From NCBI GenBank assembly GCA_048885535.1, contig JBHLLO010000017.1, positions 19,993-48,926 on the forward strand: a stretch of 28,934 nucleotides of DNA, given 5' to 3'. This stretch comes from Candidatus Hermodarchaeota archaeon (GTDB taxonomy: Archaea > Asgardarchaeota > Lokiarchaeia > Sigyniarchaeales > SOKP01). Both the position numbers and the translations under genes were made by a program. Numbering within the stretch: the stretch's first letter is position 1; the number at the start of each line of letters is the position of its first letter. A model generated the notes under the pieces. The model saw nothing but the letters and a program-made list of their open reading frames with translations, was not told the origin of the DNA and ran no database searches. Of this stretch, positions 25,166-28,934 are shown in pieces.

Positions 25166-26530
25166 TCAAGAGTTTTTATGCCGCATTTTTCTAATTTGAA
25201 ACCAAAAAAATTTGATTGTCAAATAGTACCATATTGCTAAAAAAGGTGCAATGAATAATATTGAAAATAATATGTTTGTTGGTAGTCTTATGAATCCTAA
25301 ATCGATATCTTCATAAAAGACCTCCATAATAATTGAATCAATAAAGAACAAAAGAAGAAGTATAATAACAAGAAATATTATCATTAGTGAAACTATCCCT
25401 CTTATTCTTGGATAGAAGTATAATAGAATTGCGATTATAATTATAGAAGCTGTCATAGATATGAACAAAATAATTAGATCTATAGTATTTAAGGTCCAAT
25501 GTATAAAAATCATTGAAACGATGGAAAATATTCCACAAACAATAGATATGATATAAAAATTTTTTACTAACTGAGGCTCTGTTAATGGTCCTTTAGCTAA
25601 TATTAAGCGGGGTAATGTTAATGCAGCTTTTTTTTCTTCAGATGCTAAGATTAGATCGCCTTCTAAAAGGATGATATCACTTTTTTGCCCTTGTATTTCA
25701 CTACTTTCTAAAAAGCCTTTAACAGAACTGACAACAAAAAAACTATTAAAAATATGAATCAACAGCGCACTAAAGACAACAACTTCTAATGATCCTAGCA
25801 ATGCAATACAAGCAAATAAAGCCCCCATACTCAATGTACCTACATCTCCAGGAAAGACTTTAGCGGGGTATTTATTAAATATGAAGAATGGAATTAATAC
25901 ACTAATTCCAGAAACTATAAATACTAATGCTTCAGCAGAACTCCATATTAAAGCACAAACCAACAAAAATAATAACGCAATCAAGGATGTACCTGACCCT
26001 TCACCATTATAACCTTCAAGCATATTGGAAGTATTAGTTAAAATTGCTACAATTAAGGGTACAATTAGAGGGTAAATCAGAGTTAATCTTGTTTCTCCAA
26101 GGATAGGTATAGTAGGAGATTCAATATTAATATAACCAAAGAAATTTGCAATAAAGATTATTACTCCTGTAAAAATGGTTAGTAAAATTTTATAACGAGA
26201 TCTTAACTTCTTCCTGTCATCAATGTAACCAATTGCCCCAGATACTAAGATAGTTAAAATAAATACTATTAATTCATTGAATAATGTGGGAAAAAAGATT
26301 AATGACAATAATGTAGTAAAACTAAGTCCAAAAATGATACTTAAGCCCCCTGATTCAGGAATTTCTGGTTTTTTATTTTTATGTATATCAATCCCAGAAA
26401 ACCCTTTACTTTTCATCAGTTTGATAACATAAGGAATAATAAGATAAGTAAAGAGTAAACCTCCAGTAAAAATTAATACTAAAAAAAGAATTTCAATAAT
26501 ACTCCAGTTTATTTGCGTTTTTAGAATCAT
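25166..26530 (-). CDS. aglH: UDP-GlcNAc:dolichyl-phosphate GlcNAc-1-phosphotransferase (AglH/Alg7/DPAGT1; MraY family)
   Basis: GIDIHK..KPEIPESGG, IGYIDD, NTSNMLEGYNG, FNKYPAKVFPGDVGT, LTLPRLIL..GPLTEPQLV; multi-pass membrane protein. Confidence 0.88.
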   Translation of the reverse strand: MILKTQINWSIIEILFLVLIFTGGLLFTYLIIPYVIKLMKSKGFSGIDIHKNKKPEIPESGGLSIIFGLSFTTLLSLIFFPTLFNELIVFILTILVSGAIGYIDDRKKLRSRYKILLTIFTGVIIFIANFFGYINIESPTIPILGETRLTLIYPLIVPLIVAILTNTSNMLEGYNGEGSGTSLIALLFLLVCALIWSSAEALVFIVSGISVLIPFFIFNKYPAKVFPGDVGTLSMGALFACIALLGSLEVVVFSALLIHIFNSFFVVSSVKGFLESSEIQGQKSDIILLEGDLILASEEKKAALTLPRLILAKGPLTEPQLVKNFYIISIVCGIFSIVSMIFIHWTLNTIDLIILFISMTASIIIIAILLYFYPRIRGIVSLMIIFLVIILLLLFFIDSIIMEVFYEDIDLGFIRLPTNILFSILFIAPFLAIWYYLTIKFFWFQIRKMRHKNS

Positions 26531-26671
26531 TGATCCATTTTTTTAAATGTATTAAATGAAATAAAATATGACTTTATGAAATTAAACATAATATATATTC
26601 TTTTATTACTATCTATATGGAAAACTGATCCTTAAATAGAATCAATAAATAATTTCATTATTTAGAATAAC

Positions 26672-27778
26672 TTAGATTGCTAAGAACTTTTTGTAAGCTT
26701 CTTCTAATTTCTTTCCAACAGATTTCCAAGAGTATTTGGAGATAAAACTTTGAGCTTTCTTTAATAAATTGATTCGCTTTTCTTCATTATTAATTAAATC
26801 TACTAGTTCATAAGCTAAGAGTTTTGGACTTTTTGGTGGCACAAATATAGCATTGTCTTGTAGAATTTCCTTATAAGCACCTATAGAGGATGAAATAACA
26901 GGAGTTCCACATGCAATTGATTCTATAGGAGTTAATCCGAAACCTTCAGAAGAATATGAATACGCTACAAACACATCACCCATACTATAGTAAAATGGAA
27001 TTTCCTTTTCTGAAATGAATCCTATAAAATGGATATCTTTATAGTTTAGCATCCATTTCTTAAATGTATCTTTCATAAAATAATCTGGAGTACCACCAAT
27101 TACTAATTCAAGATTCTTAATTTCTTTTTTTGCATATCTATATGCTTTTATAACATTTTCGATATCTTTATAGAGAGCAATACGCCCTATATATAATACC
27201 ACTGGACCTTTTAGCCCTAGTTTTTGTTTAAGTTCTTCTGCCTCTGTAGGATATGGTTTAAATTTACTTTCAATAGCAGAATATAAATTATGAATTTTAG
27301 AAAATTCAATTTTAGGGAAATATTTTTTTATTTGCCATTTTGTAAATTCTGAACACGTAGTTATGATTTTAGCATTTTTAACTAGCTGCTTAATAATTAG
27401 TTTTTCAATTGGGATTATAGAAAAACTTGATTCAATCGGACCTAAATCATGAATCGTTGAGACGAATTTTTTGTTAGATAAAAGCAATGGTAATGTCCCC
27501 TTTGGACCATTCCCATGTATGATGTCAAAATCTTTTTTTTTTAAAATGTTAATTACTTTTGATGTAAATTGCGGAATCCATAAATAACTCTTTCGAATTA
27601 TTCTAAATTGTGAGATATTTGGATCATTTAAATTATAGTTCCATTTTCCTGTTATAACATCGACCTTATGACCTTTAGCTTTTAAGTATTGATAAATACC
27701 AGAGAAAAATTTTGCAGCACCATCTTGGCTATCTGGAGAAATAGCTAAAGAAACAAGGGCAATATTCAATTTTCTCAT
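26672..27778 (-). CDS. Glycosyltransferase family 4 (GT-B)
   Basis: GHKVDVIT, DIIH, STIHD, YIGRIALYK, SEGFGLTPIESIACGTPVI, YSW. Confidence 0.93.
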   Translation of the reverse strand: MRKLNIALVSLAISPDSQDGAAKFFSGIYQYLKAKGHKVDVITGKWNYNLNDPNISQFRIIRKSYLWIPQFTSKVINILKKKDFDIIHGNGPKGTLPLLLSNKKFVSTIHDLGPIESSFSIIPIEKLIIKQLVKNAKIITTCSEFTKWQIKKYFPKIEFSKIHNLYSAIESKFKPYPTEAEELKQKLGLKGPVVLYIGRIALYKDIENVIKAYRYAKKEIKNLELVIGGTPDYFMKDTFKKWMLNYKDIHFIGFISEKEIPFYYSMGDVFVAYSYSSEGFGLTPIESIACGTPVISSSIGAYKEILQDNAIFVPPKSPKLLAYELVDLINNEEKRINLLKKAQSFISKYSWKSVGKKLEEAYKKFLAI

Positions 27779-27816
27779 ATGAAAAGATCAAGATTTTATT
27801 TAACGATTAAATTAAT

Positions 27817-28797
27817 TTAAGTTAATTGTTCAAAAGCATCTTCAGTAACCAGTACAGTTTCTTCATTTTGAGCTACATAAGTGCCTTTTTGTTCTGCTAA
27901 AACATAATGAGCTTTCAATTTTCCCTGTTGTACTAATTCTTGAATTCCAAAAAGTACACCCATCCTAAATTCTTTAGCTAACCATCTTTCTGCAAACGGT
28001 AAAGTCTTAAAATTTTTATTGACATAGCCTAAGATCTGTTTTGAGAATTTTCTTCTTAGTGGAACTCTCCCAGCATAAGGATTTAGCTCATATATATATG
28101 AAGCATTAGTATTATGAACGGAACCTTTTCCAGTTGAGGCAAATATTTCAATAGCAAATACATCCCCTTCCTCAATAATATCACCGCCTTGAGATCCTAA
28201 CTCTGGCAATTGTTTTTTGCCATGCACTGTCCAACGCTCAACCTGATGTCCACCAAGTTCCTTTATTGGATTATATTTGAAGCCCCTTACAATATCTTCA
28301 ATTTTTTTACCAATATCCTTTGTATGAATCTTTGGTTTTACCATCATCTTAGCAGCTTCTAAGGCTACTTCTGTTGCTTGGATAATGTTTTCAAGCACAT
28401 TATCATCATTAAAACTTACAGTGAAAGCAGTATCTACGAGATAACCTTCAATATGTACTCCTAAATCAATTTTTACAATATCTCCATCTTTAATCACGAG
28501 ACCATCTTCTTTTAATGGAGAAGTATAATGAGCAGCGATATTATTTATACCGATATTTACCGGAAAAGCAATTTGGCCTTCTAATTCAATAATTTTGGAT
28601 TCCGTTAATTCAATTATATCTAAAACTTTAGCATTAATTTTAATCTTCGATTTAATAAACTTTTTTACATCTTGAGCTATTTTTCCTGCTTTTCTAAGCG
28701 ATTCAATCTTCTGTTGTTTTTCTTCAGCTTCTTTTTCCAGTTCTTCATTACTTTTCTTTTCTACAGTTTTTGTTTTTAATTTCTGATTTTCATTCAT
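27817..28797 (-). CDS. map: Type II methionine aminopeptidase
   Basis: AFPVN, AAHYT, KIDLGVHIEGYLVDTAFT, LGGH, AIEIFAST, type-II helical insert (FKTLPFAERWL), AQNEET. Confidence 0.95.
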   Translation of the reverse strand: MNENQKLKTKTVEKKSNEELEKEAEEKQQKIESLRKAGKIAQDVKKFIKSKIKINAKVLDIIELTESKIIELEGQIAFPVNIGINNIAAHYTSPLKEDGLVIKDGDIVKIDLGVHIEGYLVDTAFTVSFNDDNVLENIIQATEVALEAAKMMVKPKIHTKDIGKKIEDIVRGFKYNPIKELGGHQVERWTVHGKKQLPELGSQGGDIIEEGDVFAIEIFASTGKGSVHNTNASYIYELNPYAGRVPLRRKFSKQILGYVNKNFKTLPFAERWLAKEFRMGVLFGIQELVQQGKLKAHYVLAEQKGTYVAQNEETVLVTEDAFEQLT

Positions 28798-28934
28798 TAA
28801 AATCAGTATGTGATGATATTGATAAAAATTTATTTTAAAAAGGCTTTTATTTAGATTAAGAAGATAAATAAAAATAAATAAAGTAAATATTAATAATTAA
28901 ATAAAGTTAATTTTAATAGATCATATAATGATTT

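Noticed and set aside
23306-25538. Short minus ORFs 23306-23488, 23635-23967, 25338-25538
   Set aside because: Antisense or alternative-frame shadows of the acetyltransferase and AglH.

Overview
AT-rich, gene-dense archaeal chromosome segment, most consistent with an Asgard archaeon (Lokiarchaeia/Promethearchaeota-like). This placement is inferred from gene content: archaeal housekeeping genes (MptE, Trm1, type-2 MetAP, A1-U72 tRNA-Gln) sit alongside eukaryote-like OSTC/DC2, ribophorin I and Sec61-beta. Left part: DC2/OSTC, gcvH, mptE, two divergent RadA/RadB paralogues, a TFE-beta/RPC34-like Fe-S protein with an extra zinc finger, rlmE, trm1, a class-I FBPase, an RNase H-fold hypothetical and an HGSNAT-like acyltransferase. 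Middle: a peptide ABC transporter cluster with two embedded hypothetical genes, flanked by a DUF362 gene and a polyprenyl-phosphate phosphoribosyltransferase. Right: a tRNA-Gln(UUG) with atypical C33, then Trm112, ribophorin I / Sec61-beta, MazG, an N-glycan cluster (acetyltransferase, DUF354, AglH/Alg7, GT4) and map. No CRISPR array, transposase or integrase was seen. All calls rest on motif recognition by eye; no searches were run.
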